A stretch of 64,000 nt of DNA from an uncultured delta proteobacterium (GTDB taxonomy: Bacteria; Myxococcota; Kuafuiibacteriia; Kuafuiibacteriales; Kuafuiibacteriaceae): assembly GCA_963803435.1 (NCBI GenBank), contig CAWDML010000001.1, positions 992,001 through 1,056,000 of the forward strand, written 5' to 3'. Numbering within the stretch: position 1 is the first letter of the stretch; every line of letters begins with the position of its first letter. The position numbers and the translations under genes are program-made. Of this stretch, positions 1 to 9,997 are shown in pieces. The notes under the pieces were generated by a model. The model did not search any database. It had not been told where the DNA came from and was given only the letters and a program-made list of their open reading frames with translations.

Positions 1-409
1 CTGGCGCGGATCCCGGCCGAGTACGAGCGCGCGTTCTGGACCACCGCGCGGGCGCTCGAGGGCGTCGCGTCGGCCGGGCAGGGCGCCGACGCCGGCTGGC
101 TCGGCGATTCTGACGCCGTACGTCGCGGGCGTCCGCTCGTACGCGGACCTGCAGCGGGCCCGCGGGCGCATCGAGGAGGCGATGGCCGAGGCGTATCCGA
201 CCTGGTCAACCGCACAGCGCCGCCAGATGCTGGAGCGGGCGCTGGAGCTGCGACTGCGATCGCCGCTCGCGGAGGCTCCCGGCTTCGATCCCGCGGAGCT
301 GGACCACGACGTGGAGCGCGCCCGCACCTTCGAGGAGATGGGCAAGATCGGCTACCAGCGCTACCTCACGCTGGTCGGTCGGCGCGGCTCGGCGCTCTCG
401 GCTCTGTAA
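1..409 (+). CDS. C-terminal part of a hypothetical protein, 5'-truncated by the window, with a +1 indel at ~108
   Basis: Frame 1 is open with GC3-rich codons from base 1 to GATTC at 106-110. Removing one T joins it to the 182..409 ORF frame. Confidence 0.55.
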   Translation, partial: WRGSRPSTSARSGPPRGRSRASRRPGRAPTPAGSAILTPYVAGVRSYADLQRARGRIEEAMAEAYPTWSTAQRRQMLERALELRLRSPLAEAPGFDPAELDHDVERARTFEEMGKIGYQRYLTLVGRRGSALSAL

Positions 410-604
410 CCCGCCGGGGTCGGATCGATGTCGAAGTCGTCGAGCAGCGGGACGTCCAACTTCCGCCCTCGCGAGGGACGACCGGCAGCGAACCCAGCGA
501 CGTCCTCCGAAGCTCTCCAGCTTCTGAATGTTTGGCGTCGAAGGTGATCGCGCGCCAGTCCGCGGCCACCGCCTCGGCGGTCACCAAGCCGAAGCATCCC
601 CGCC

Positions 605-1276
605 TCAGACATCGTGGGCTCCCGGCGCGATCGGCCGCCGGCCACGCACGTAGAATCCGAGGTGCTGGCCCCGGAAGTTGAGATAGAAGCAGCGCGGCTC
701 GAGCCCGCGCTCCTGGGCCTGCTCGAGCAGCCACGAGAACCAGTTCTTCCCGATGGGCGGAGTGGCAGGCTCGTCGATCACGCAGCAGGGGACGACGACA
801 CAGCTACTCCCGGCCGCCTGCACGGTGTCGAGGATGGCGAGGTTGGTACCGTGGGAGTGGAGCCCGACCAGGAGATCGAAGCGCTCGCCCCGCGCGCGCG
901 TAAACGGCGCCGCCACGCGCCGGACCGACTGCTCCGGTCCCAGGCGAACCCGCCGATCCGCGGTGAGGTCGCGGAACTTCTCCGGCAGCGCCTGCGGATG
1001 CGGATCGATCACCGTCGCCTCGAAGCCGGACCGATCGAGCAAGAAGGCCAACAGACCCTTACCGCCGCCCACATCCCCGACGGTACAGGGTGGAAACGTA
1101 CCGTTGATCCACTCGGCGAGGAGTTGGAAGCGGAACTTCTTCATCCTCGGAAGATCGGCGCCCGACTTTCGCGTCTTGGCGATGCTTGGATCCACCAGGC
1201 CCAGCTCCGCCAGGCTCGGAGGGGCCGGGTACCTGTGGCGGTGTCCCGCAGCTTTGTCAGATGAACGGTGCTTCAC
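605..1276 (-). CDS. SAM-dependent methyltransferase-like hypothetical protein
   Basis: Motif I VGDVGGGKGLL, plus VGLH and VVPCC motifs. Confidence 0.6.
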   Translation of the reverse strand: MKHRSSDKAAGHRHRYPAPPSLAELGLVDPSIAKTRKSGADLPRMKKFRFQLLAEWINGTFPPCTVGDVGGGKGLLAFLLDRSGFEATVIDPHPQALPEKFRDLTADRRVRLGPEQSVRRVAAPFTRARGERFDLLVGLHSHGTNLAILDTVQAAGSSCVVVPCCVIDEPATPPIGKNWFSWLLEQAQERGLEPRCFYLNFRGQHLGFYVRGRRPIAPGAHDV

Positions 1277-1302
1277 AACGTTCCAGCCGACGCGCCTCTA
1301 GA

Positions 1303-1416
1303 ATGTCCGAAGTGGGCGACCGGGTCACGAGCGAGCTGATCCACGCCGACGTTCTCGAGATCGACGTCGCCGACCATTGCCACATGTCCTGCCGATCTGC
1401 TCGCTCTTCGCGGGCC
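1303..1416 (+). pseudogene. N-terminal fragment of a radical SAM protein
   Basis: LEIDVADHCHMSCRS with the third Cys of CxxxCxxC (tgc) out of frame; the frame then runs into the convergent SDR gene. Confidence 0.45.
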
Positions 1417-2133
1417 TCAGAGGCGGAAGCCGCCCGCCACCTCCAGGTTGATCCCGGTGACGTAGTCGGCGTCGAGGAGGAACTCGACCGCCTGGCTGAC
1501 GTCCTCGAGGCGGCCGGCGCGCCCCAGGGGGATGGCGGCGGCGAGATCGGGCGGGAGGTCGATCGAGCTCACCAGGTGACCGGGCGAGATCATGTTGGTG
1601 CGGATGCCGCGGCCCGCGTACGCCTTGGCCATCGAGCGGGTCAGGGTGAGCAAGCCGGACTTGCTCACGAAGTAGTCGACGGCGGACTCGTCGGCGCGAC
1701 AGCCGAGCCCGGAGGTACCGATGTTGAGGATCTGTCCACCGTCCGGCATCAAGCGCAGCGCGTGATACGACGCGTAGAAGGCGCCCGAGAGGTTGGCCGC
1801 CAGGCAGCTCTCCCACTCCTCCGGGGTCAGGTCGGTGAGGTGCTGCGGGTTGTAGTTGCCGACGTTGTTCACCAGCAGATCGACGCGTCCCTCCACGCGC
1901 CCGATGTCGGCGAAGGCGCGCTCGACCTGGGCGCGCACGCCCACGTCGGCCTGGAGGGCGCGCGCCGAGATCCCGGCAACCTCCAGCGCCTTCACCACCT
2001 CCGCCGCCTCGCCGTGCGACGAGCGATAGAGCACCACGATCCCGTAGCCGCGGGTCCCGAGCACCGAGCAGAGGTGCCGCCCCAGCCGCTTGGCGCCGCC
2101 GGTGACCACCGCGATGGAGCGCGCCTCGCTCAC
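1417..2133 (-). CDS. SDR oxidoreductase (pteridine reductase/FolM-like)
   Basis: TGGAKRLG, LLVNNVG and YFVSK (YxxxK) motifs; GTG start at 2133. Confidence 0.85.
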   Translation of the reverse strand: MSEARSIAVVTGGAKRLGRHLCSVLGTRGYGIVVLYRSSHGEAAEVVKALEVAGISARALQADVGVRAQVERAFADIGRVEGRVDLLVNNVGNYNPQHLTDLTPEEWESCLAANLSGAFYASYHALRLMPDGGQILNIGTSGLGCRADESAVDYFVSKSGLLTLTRSMAKAYAGRGIRTNMISPGHLVSSIDLPPDLAAAIPLGRAGRLEDVSQAVEFLLDADYVTGINLEVAGGFRL

Positions 2134-2321
2134 CGACCCTCCTCGGACTCCGGCTCGAGCCGTCGGCACGTCACCGAGACCCGCGCGCCGTCGGCGTCCA
2201 GCGACCGGCGGATCAACGCCGGGCCGCGGAGCGCCTCCTCGATGCGGACAGCCAGTAGCTGCACCAGCGCCCGAAAGCCGGCGTGCGCCTCCTCGGTCTC
2301 CTTCGCAGCCGTCACGATCAC
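2130..2321 (-). pseudogene. Short ORF, possibly a dihydroneopterin aldolase (FolB)-like C-terminal remnant
   Basis: FRALVQLLAVRIEEAL...ARVSVTCRR loosely resembles the FolB C-terminus; coupled to the FolM-like SDR. Confidence 0.3.
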
Positions 2322-2399
2322 CTCTCCTCAACAGTACCGCGAAACGGGGGTGGCGGTCCGCCCCGGAATACGGAGACCGAACAGGCGGCGAGAAGGATG

Positions 2400-2578
2400 C
2401 GGGCGCGAATGCGGCGGAGGATGCCCTCGTGGGAGATGGAGCCGATGTTCGCGTCACCCTCCGAAAGGACGATCACTCGGGTGCGGTCTCCCTTTCGCCG
2501 CATCCGCGCGGCTTGCCGGTAGGCGAGCTCCATTCCTGAGGCCATCGCCGTTCCACCTTCGGCCCTGAGCGAGAGCAT
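2400..2578 (-). pseudogene. Internal fragment of a vWA-domain (YfbK-like) gene
   Basis: GGTAMASGMELAY...RVIVLSEGDANIG matches the vWA GGT...LLSDGxAN segment; no N- or C-terminus. Confidence 0.65.
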
Positions 2579-2846
2579 CGCCCCTCGGATTCGGCGGGTG
2601 CCGGGCTCGGAGCAACGTCACCCGCTCTTCGGAATCATCGCTGACTCGATTGGTGATGCCGCAGGCGGATCCGGTTCCAGGGCGAGCTCGTCTTTCCTGG
2701 CCGGAACGATCATCCACAGCGACGATCGCATCGGTGCCCAAGAACCCGAACGGCACAACCTGAACAGCCCGGAGGCTGGGGCACATCGTCGGCACACGCT
2801 CGATCGAGCGATCGAGCGACAACTTCTTGGGCACAACGTGGGCAGC

Positions 2847-2886
2847 AAAACGACGACGGGCGGTCGACCTCTCGGCCAACCGCCCG
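2847..2886 (-). terminator. Intrinsic terminator downstream of tRNA-Met
   Basis: Minus strand CGGGCGGTTGGCC-GAGA-GGTCGACCGCCCG followed by tcgtcgtttt. Confidence 0.65.
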
Positions 2887-2896
2887 CAATTCCGAG

Positions 2897-2970
<74 letters not shown>

Positions 2971-2989
2971 CCAGTTCGTTGCGGGGCGC

Positions 2990-3017
2990 AGTGTAGTCAG
3001 TCTCTACCCCAGGTCAA
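2990..3017 (-). promoter_or_regulatory. Sigma70-type promoter of tRNA-fMet
   Basis: TTGACC-16 nt-TACACT followed by a GC-rich discriminator GCGCCCCG. Confidence 0.7.
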
Positions 3018-4163
3018 TCCAAAAGTTTGGCCAGCATCTCGGCGGGGACGTTGGCGGCGCGCAGGACCTGCTCGGTGTGCTCGCCCAGATTCGGGGCCGG
3101 TGCGATCGCGGGGGTCGGTGCGCCGAGGGCGCTCCACTCGGAGATGCGGAGGGGGCTGCGGACCATGCCTTGGGGGTCGGTGGTGTGGCGCGCGCGGAAG
3201 TGGGGATCTTGCTCGGCTTCCTCGAAGGTGAGGATCGGCTCCACGCACGCTTCGACCTCGCGGAAGATGGAGGCCCACTCGTCGCGGGTCTTCTCGCGCA
3301 ACTTGGCTTGCACCTTGGCCTTGACCGCTTCGCCGGGCTCGCCGCCGTCGAGGGGGGAGGCGAGGAGCTCGGGGAGGTCGAGGGCGGTGACGAAGGCGGC
3401 CCAGAACTTGGGCTCGAGAGCGCCGACGGCGAGGTGGTGGTGGTCCTTGGTCTCGTAGATGCCGTAGCAGGGGCGGGAGCCGTCGAGCATCTCGTGGCCG
3501 CGGACGGGGGGCTGGCCGCCGTGGAGCGTGCCGAAGTAGGTGGCGGCGAAGGCCATGGAGGACTCGTGGAGGGAGACGTCGACGACCTTGCCGCGGCCGC
3601 TGCGGGTGCGCTCGAAGAGCGCGGCCAGGATGCCGGAGACGGCGATGAGGCTGCCGCCGACGTCGGCGACCTGGATGCCGGGAACGACGGGGCGGTCCGG
3701 CGGGCCGCAGACCGAGAGGGCGCCGGCGCGGGCGAGGTAGCCGATGTCGTGGCCGGCGCGATCGCGGTCGGGGCCGGTCAGGCCGAAGCCGGTGATGGCG
3801 CAGTAGATCAGGCGTGGGTTCGCGGTCATCAGGGCTTCGGGATCGAGGCCCAGGCGCGCGAGGACGCCGGGGCGGAAGGAGTCGACGAGGACGTCGCATC
3901 CATTGAGTAGAATACGGAGCGCCTCCACGGCCTCGGGCTTCTTGAGATCGAGCGTGACGCTCTTCTTGCCGCGGTTGACCTCACGGAAGATGCCGCCCAT
4001 CGGCGGATCGCCTTCGAGGGGCGGGAACCAGCGGGCGTAGTCGCCCCCGGCCGGGTCCTCCACCTTGATCACCTCGGCGCCGAGCTCGGCGAGGAGGCGG
4101 GTGGCATAGGGCCCCGGGAGGAGGCGCGTGGAGATCGAGGATGCGGACGCCGGCCAGCGGCAT
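3014..4163 (-). CDS. CaiB/BaiF family CoA-transferase (alpha-methylacyl-CoA racemase-like), +1 indel at ~4130
   Basis: MPLAGVRILDL then, shifted, TRLLPGPYATRLLAELGAEVIKVE; NRGKKS, DSFRPGV and GHDIGY motifs. Confidence 0.9.
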
Positions 4164-4498
4164 CAGCCGAGGATCTGCTGGAGCTTGAGGGCGAGCGACA
4201 TGTCACCCTTGATCTTGAGCTTGCCCTGCATGAACGCCATCTGGCCGTTGAGCTTGCCGTTCACCAGCGCGATGAAGTCGGTGGCCGTCATGGTGATCGT
4301 GACGCCTGGGTTGTCCATCGTCCCGCTCTTCACCTCGGCCGGGTTCTGGGTCAGATCGACGACCCACTTGCCGCCGCCGTCGCCCGTGAGATCGAACTGG
4401 TAGGACGCGGACTTGTTTTGTCCGGCGAGCTCCGGCTTCTTGGCGAGGCGCTCGGGGATGTGCTTCTCGAAGATGTCCTGCGGGGTCACGTCGCTCAT
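4163..4498 (-). CDS. SCP2 sterol-binding domain protein
   Basis: LNGQMAFMQGKLKIKGDMSLALKL signature. Confidence 0.9.
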   Translation of the reverse strand: MSDVTPQDIFEKHIPERLAKKPELAGQNKSASYQFDLTGDGGGKWVVDLTQNPAEVKSGTMDNPGVTITMTATDFIALVNGKLNGQMAFMQGKLKIKGDMSLALKLQQILG

Positions 4499-4618
4499 GA
4501 CTTTCCTTTCAACGCCCGCCGGTTGATTCTTCAATCAACGGGCGCCGGGACTCTGCCAAACCCTGGAGAGAGATGTCAAATTCGGCGGTGTTCGCGGGGA
4601 GACAAAGATGCGCGCGCT

Positions 4619-4647
4619 TTGACACCGAGGGTGTCGCTCCCTAACGT
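4619..4647 (+). promoter_or_regulatory. Sigma70 promoter with overlapping palindrome
   Basis: TTGACA-17 nt-TAACGT; GACACC-gag-GGTGTC at 4621-4635. Confidence 0.7.
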
Positions 4648-4667
4648 CTGGAGGGGAGCCCGTAGAG

Positions 4668-5604
4668 ATGGGTGAACGTCGGATCAGCATTTATGAGGTC
4701 GGGCTACGGGACGGACTGCAGAACGAGGCGGCCTTCGTCCCCACGCAGGACAAGATCGCCCTGGCCGACCTGCTGGCCGACGCCGGGCTGACCCGGATCG
4801 AGCTGACCAGCTTCGTCTCGCCCCGCTGGATCCCGCAGCTCGGGGATCACGATCGGGTCGCGGCCGACGTGAAGCGCCGTCCCGGCGTCCACTACAGCGC
4901 GCTGGTGCCGAATCGAAAGGGGCTCGAGGGCGCCCGGGCCGCCGGGCTCCGCGAGATCGCGATCTTCCTCTCCGCGACCGAGACCCACACCAAGAAGAAC
5001 ATCAACAAGACGATCGCCCAGGCGCTCGAGGTCCTCGGCGACGTCGCGCGCGCCGCGCTCGAGACGGGCATGCGGGTGCGCGGCTACATCTCGACGGTCT
5101 TCGGCTGTCCCTACGAAGGAAAGGTCGATCCGGGCAAGGTGCACGAGCTGCTCTTGCGGCTGCTGGACATGGGCGTGTACGAGGTCAGCCTCGGCGACAC
5201 GATCGGCGTCGGCAACCCGAAGCAGGTGCGCGACATGGTGAAGCGCCTCGAGGTCGACGTCCCGCTCGAAAAGCTTGCGCTCCACCTCCACGACACCCGG
5301 GGCGTGGCGCTGGCCAACGTCCTCGCCGGCCTCGACGCCGGCGTCAGCACCTTCGACTCCGCGTTCGGCGGCCTCGGCGGCTGCCCGTATGCGCCCGGCG
5401 CCTCGGGCAACCTGGCCACCGAAGATTCTGGTTTACCTGCTCGACGGCATGGGGTTCGAAAGCGGCGTCGAGCTCGATCGTCTCATCGTCGCTTCGGAGC
5501 GCGTCTCCGAGCTCGTCAATCGCACCCTCCCCTCCAAGGTCCTCCAGGCCGAGCTGGGCAGCCGCCGCCGCTCGGCCGAGCGATCCGCGAGGAACACCAG
5601 GTAG
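4668..5604 (+). CDS. Hydroxymethylglutaryl-CoA lyase, +1 indel at ~5426
   Basis: EVGLRDGLQNE, HLHDTRG and GGLGGCPYAPGASGNLATED; continues LVYLLDGMG...VNRTLPSKV in the shifted frame to TAG at 5604. Confidence 0.9.
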
Positions 5605-7055
5605 TGCAAGGCATCCTGCTTCCGCTCTTGCTGCTGGCGCCGGGCGACGTCGCCGGCGACGCGATGCGCACCGCGGTGGTCGCGCGCTTCGCTCGACCCG
5701 ACCTCCACTTCTCGTCAGGTCCGACGGCGGCGATGATGCCGAGGTTCGTGTACGTCATCGACACCGGCCTCGACCTGCCCTTCCCTCCCTGGCAGACCGA
5801 GGCGGCGTACGCAGAGGCGTTCGAGATCGCGCGGAAAGGCTTCGAGGCGGAGCAGCCGGATCGAGTGCGCGTGCTGATGGTGTTCACCACCTTCGACGAT
5901 GGCGGCGTGAACCTCTTCTACGTGCCGCTCGCCAACGACGTCCTCGGGCTGGGCGAGACCAAGGGCGCGCAGATCTTCGACGATACGCCGGACTCGGGGC
6001 TCGAGGGCTACATCTGGATGGGCTCGTTCGCTCGCCTCGAAGAGGCCGGCGACGCCTACTTCCGGGAGGCGTTCCTCCACGAGATCGCGCACCGCTGGGG
6101 TGCCTACGCGTCGGTCTCCCGCGCGGACCTCGAGCCCGACGCGCTGCGCGGCCGCCAGGGCACGCATTGGTCGTTCCTCCTCGATCGCGAGAAGAGCCCG
6201 ATGGATGGCAACGATTGGGTCCGCCAGGGCACGTCGATGGTGACCGACTTCGCAGATCCGCCCGAGTTCGCGTTCAGCCCGCTCGATCTCTACATGATGG
6301 GTGTGCTGCCGCCGAGCGAGGTGCCTCCGTTCGATCTCGTGGTCGGCTTCTCGCGGGTGTCGCCTCCATCGCTGGTGGTCACGAAGGCGACGATTCCGGC
6401 TCACCGCAGCGGGGTCCCGGTGACGCTGTTCGACGCCGAGACCATCAGCGTCACCATCGACGACGTGATCGCCGGTTCGGGGAGTCGCTTTCCGCCGGCG
6501 ATCGATCGCCAGGTGGTCTGGCCCGTGGGCGTCGTGTTTCTCTCCAACGGCTTCACTGCTCCCAAGCTGAGCGACTTCCAGCGCCTCGATTGCCGGCTCA
6601 CCGAGCTCGCGCAGAGGTTCGAGGATGCGACCGGCGGGCGGATGATCCTGGATCTCGAGATCGCCGGCGCCGGGCGGCTCCCTCCCGGCTCGAGCTGCAC
6701 CTCGGTCGACGCCTGCGACCGCACGCTCTCGGACGCCTGCGCCTCGCCTCACGCGGGTGAGGGGCCCATCTGCACGCAAACCTGCGGCGCCGAGACGGAC
6801 TGCGGGCGCGGTGACTGCTGCAGCAACGGGATCTGTGCCCCCTCGCGCTACTGCGGCATCGGGCTGACGACGCGCGACGACGCGGGCATCGGCGACTCGA
6901 GCGGGGTCACGGATCCGCTCGCGACGCAGGAGAGCGGCGGGGCCTGCGGTTGCAGTGAGGCCCCTGCGCGCGGTGGATGGGGATGGTCGGTGTTGCTGCT
7001 GGCGATCGTCAGCCGTGCGATCCCGGTGCGCCGGAGCCGTAGGCGCCGGCGTTGA
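5604..7055 (+). CDS. Secreted zincin metalloprotease-like protein with Cys-rich region and MYXO-CTERM-like anchor
   Basis: Hydrophobic N-terminus from GTG 5604; FLHEIAHRWG (HExxH); C-terminal GGACGCS-TM-RRSRRRR. Confidence 0.7.
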   Translation: MQGILLPLLLLAPGDVAGDAMRTAVVARFARPDLHFSSGPTAAMMPRFVYVIDTGLDLPFPPWQTEAAYAEAFEIARKGFEAEQPDRVRVLMVFTTFDDGGVNLFYVPLANDVLGLGETKGAQIFDDTPDSGLEGYIWMGSFARLEEAGDAYFREAFLHEIAHRWGAYASVSRADLEPDALRGRQGTHWSFLLDREKSPMDGNDWVRQGTSMVTDFADPPEFAFSPLDLYMMGVLPPSEVPPFDLVVGFSRVSPPSLVVTKATIPAHRSGVPVTLFDAETISVTIDDVIAGSGSRFPPAIDRQVVWPVGVVFLSNGFTAPKLSDFQRLDCRLTELAQRFEDATGGRMILDLEIAGAGRLPPGSSCTSVDACDRTLSDACASPHAGEGPICTQTCGAETDCGRGDCCSNGICAPSRYCGIGLTTRDDAGIGDSSGVTDPLATQESGGACGCSEAPARGGWGWSVLLLAIVSRAIPVRRSRRRRR

Positions 7056-7707
7056 CCTTGTGCGTGAAGTCGTTGACCGCGGCCCAGAGCTCGGGGAGCA
7101 GGTGCTCGCGCATTCCGTGCTTGAGCTGCTCGGCGGGCACGCCCTTGAGCGAGTCGACGAACGCGCCGATCTGTCGCTCCACCAGCCGAAAGTGGGCAAA
7201 CCGCCAGCTACGGAAGTGCTCGTCGAGCTCGAAGAGCGAGCGGAGGAGGACGTGGAGATCGTGGTGCAGGTCGGGCTCGTCGAGCACGTCGACGATCGTG
7301 ACCGCACGGCGGGCGAGCAGCGCCTTCACCTTGGGCCAGATGAGCTCGCCCATCCCGAGCAGCTGCTTGAAGCCCGGTGAGTCCTGACCCGAGCCCCGCC
7401 CGAGCGTGCGGCGGATCAGGACGTACTCCTTGGGCGCCATCTTCTCCAAGATCTCGAGCTGGCGGGTCAGGTGCTCCTCGATCATCGCGGCGCGTGCGAA
7501 CAGGTCGGCGGCGCGGTAGAGCTCGTCCTGCTCGATCAGCTCGACGCCGTGGCGGACGTCGTGCAAGGTGACTTGCATCCAGAGCTCGGCCGTCTGGTGC
7601 GTCACCTGGAAGAGCATCTCGTCGTGGGCGGCGAGGTTGTCCTTCCGCAGGAGCGCAAAGAGCTCGTCCGTCTTGATGTAGCGCTCGTACTCGCTCTTCT
7701 CGGCCAT
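7009..7707 (-). CDS. kynA: Tryptophan 2,3-dioxygenase family protein
   Basis: YERYIKTDEL, HDEMLFQVTHQTAELW, GSGQDSPGF and WRFAHFRLVERQIG motifs. Confidence 0.85.
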   Translation of the reverse strand: MAEKSEYERYIKTDELFALLRKDNLAAHDEMLFQVTHQTAELWMQVTLHDVRHGVELIEQDELYRAADLFARAAMIEEHLTRQLEILEKMAPKEYVLIRRTLGRGSGQDSPGFKQLLGMGELIWPKVKALLARRAVTIVDVLDEPDLHHDLHVLLRSLFELDEHFRSWRFAHFRLVERQIGAFVDSLKGVPAEQLKHGMREHLLPELWAAVNDFTHKVNAGAYGSGAPGSHG

Positions 7708-7719
7708 GCGGCCTCCCAT

Positions 7720-8736
7720 TCAGACCTGCAAGGAACCCGCGACGATGGCCCGACAGTCCTGGAGCATCCCGAACGCGGCGTCGTCGATCCCGGAGGTACG
7801 CTGGAGCATCGTGAAGGAGTGCCCGTGGTCCGTGTCGATGATGACGCCGCCCGCGGGCCCTCGGAGCGGATACAGCGGGTCCCCCGGCTCGAGCGCGATC
7901 GGCTCCACGGTGGCCCGGGCGATCTGCCCGTCGTCGCGGCGCTCCACCTCGCCGACCAGCCGGTAGTGGGCGCCGTGCTCCGCCGACTCGCGGATCTTCT
8001 CGTCCTTGATGGCGTCGCAGCCCGTGCGCGCCACGTCGACGACGCGGAGGGCACCGCCCATCCAGACGTTGGCGAGGAGCGCGACCTTGGCCGCGGCGTC
8101 CCAGCCGTCGAGATCGAGGACGCTGTCGGCTTCCGCGATCCCCTGCGCCTGGGCACGGGCCAGCCCCCGCGAGCGCGTGGAGCCGACCTGCACCGACTCG
8201 AGCACGACCGAGGAGGTCGAGTTGAAGACGCCGCGGACCCGCGTGACGTTCACGTCCGGGAGGTGGCTCATCAGGGTGAAGAGCGGGAGGCCGTCGAGCA
8301 CCGTAGCCTCGAAGCGGAACTGCACGCCGGCCTTGGCCGCGCGATGACGAAGGTCCCGGTAGCCCAGCACGATGGGCGCCTTGTTCGAGGTGACGACGTG
8401 GATGCCCATGTCGAGGGCGGTTCGAAGATAGGTCAACGACGGCTCGCCGCTCCGAATGTTCTGCGGGATGCACTCGATGATGACGTTCGGCTCGGCAACC
8501 TCCAGGAGGCGCTTGAAGTCCTCGGGCGCCGAATCGCCGAGGCCGTCGGACTCGACCATGTTGACGGCGAGCGAGGGATCGATGCCGGAGGTCTGGAGCA
8601 AGCGACCGTGGTGCGCGGTGATCACGCCGACCAGATCGATCGGCCCGCCCTTGTCGCGGAGCCGGCGCAGGAAGGCGCGCCCCAGGGATCCAGCGCCCAG
8701 GAGTACGGCTCGGAGACGGTCGACCTTCGCGCTCAC
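7720..8736 (-). CDS. hom: Homoserine dehydrogenase
   Basis: GAGSLG, HVVTSNKAP, FEATVLDGLP and GIAEAD...DLDGWDAAAK motifs. Confidence 0.85.
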   Translation of the reverse strand: MSAKVDRLRAVLLGAGSLGRAFLRRLRDKGGPIDLVGVITAHHGRLLQTSGIDPSLAVNMVESDGLGDSAPEDFKRLLEVAEPNVIIECIPQNIRSGEPSLTYLRTALDMGIHVVTSNKAPIVLGYRDLRHRAAKAGVQFRFEATVLDGLPLFTLMSHLPDVNVTRVRGVFNSTSSVVLESVQVGSTRSRGLARAQAQGIAEADSVLDLDGWDAAAKVALLANVWMGGALRVVDVARTGCDAIKDEKIRESAEHGAHYRLVGEVERRDDGQIARATVEPIALEPGDPLYPLRGPAGGVIIDTDHGHSFTMLQRTSGIDDAAFGMLQDCRAIVAGSLQV

Positions 8737-8839
8737 GGGCTCGGGTCTTACCGTAATCCGAGTCGCTTCAACAGTGTTTTTCGCGTGGCACGACTTCGCC
8801 TCACTGGACTCGCACGCCACCACGGGTCATGGATTCAGC

Positions 8840-9436
8840 ATGCAGACGACGCTGCGTACCCTCGCCCACCTCTCGGCGCTGCTCGCGCTCGCGGCCTCGG
8901 GTGCCGGTTGCAAGGAGGCCCAGGCCCGCACCAAGGGGGTCGGAGACAGTCTCCAGCCGTTCATCGTGATGAACTGCGAGAGCGGCGATCGCTACTGCCA
9001 GATCTGTGCGTACGGCGGCAAGCCGAAGATCATGGTGGTGGCCGACATGGATGACGCGAAGGTGGAGGCGGATCTGATGCGGGTGCAGAAGCTGGTGGAC
9101 GCGCACCAGGCCCAGGGTCTGGTGGCCTTCGCGCTGTTCGGGGAGATCGAGAACGGCGCCTTCAAGCCCGTCGCCGACGACGCCGCAGCAGCCATGAAGC
9201 TCAAAGAGATGCGAGAGCGCTTGAAGCTCACCTATCCGGTGACGCTGGTGCCGAGCTCGTACACCGAGCGAGAGACGAAGGGCTACACGCCGTTCATCTC
9301 GTCGTACGAGATCCCGACCAGCCGTCGCGTCTTGTTCGCGGACATTTCCAACCGGATCAAGTTCGCCGAGACGATCCAGGACGCGCAGGCCGACGCCCAG
9401 TTCGCGCGCCTCGATGCGGAGCTCGCCAAGCTTTGA
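8840..9436 (+). CDS. Lipoprotein with CxxC, possible thioredoxin-like fold
   Basis: Signal peptide ending GAGC; RYCQICAYGGKP. Confidence 0.55.
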   Translation: MQTTLRTLAHLSALLALAASGAGCKEAQARTKGVGDSLQPFIVMNCESGDRYCQICAYGGKPKIMVVADMDDAKVEADLMRVQKLVDAHQAQGLVAFALFGEIENGAFKPVADDAAAAMKLKEMRERLKLTYPVTLVPSSYTERETKGYTPFISSYEIPTSRRVLFADISNRIKFAETIQDAQADAQFARLDAELAKL

Positions 9437-9981
9437 GCTCGACGGCCGGATCACTCCGGGGAGTGCCGCTGCTGCTCCTCCTCGGCTGCCCGGCCGATCC
9501 GACGCCCGCGGTCACGCTCCCAAAACCCGATCCGGCTCAGCTGGAGCAGTGGAACCGGCTGGTCCGCGGGATGCGCATGGACCTGATGGACGACTCGGGG
9601 AAGATCGTGCGGGAGCATGTGACCGTGCTGGAGCTCCGCAGCACCACCCAGCCCACTGTGATCGCGCTGTGGGCGAGCTACTGTCCGCCCTGCCTCGAGG
9701 AGATGACGATGCTCGACTCCCTGCACGGCCAAAGCACCGTGATCGGCGTGTCGCTCGACGCCGAGGACGTCGAGGCCGCGGCTCGCGCGGTCGCCGAACG
9801 GTCTCCCGGCTATCCGCAAGGTATCTTGCTGCCATGGTCGGCGAGGCGGGTCGGGCGCGCGCTCCCCGAAGGAGTTCCCTTCACGCTGGTCCTCGATCGC
9901 GAGGGGAAGGTCCGGCACTTCTTCCCGCATGCGACCACGAAAGCGCTCCTGGAGGCGGCCATCGAGGCGGCGCGCTCGTGA
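9433..9981 (+). CDS. TlpA-family thiol-disulfide oxidoreductase lipoprotein
   Basis: LLLLGC lipobox; LWASYCPPCLEEM; GVPFTLVLDREG. Confidence 0.85.
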   Translation: MSSTAGSLRGVPLLLLLGCPADPTPAVTLPKPDPAQLEQWNRLVRGMRMDLMDDSGKIVREHVTVLELRSTTQPTVIALWASYCPPCLEEMTMLDSLHGQSTVIGVSLDAEDVEAAARAVAERSPGYPQGILLPWSARRVGRALPEGVPFTLVLDREGKVRHFFPHATTKALLEAAIEAARS

Positions 9982-9997
9982 GGTATGATGGGAGGCC

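Noticed and set aside
4668-7055. 795-aa HMG-CoA lyase-metalloprotease fusion from the ORF track
   Set aside because: Produced by the +1 base at ~5426; the true lyase C-terminus is in another frame ending at 5604, where the second gene starts
7009-7055. 47-bp convergent overlap of kynA and the metalloprotease as a regulatory device
   Set aside because: Short convergent overlaps are common in high-GC genomes; no further evidence
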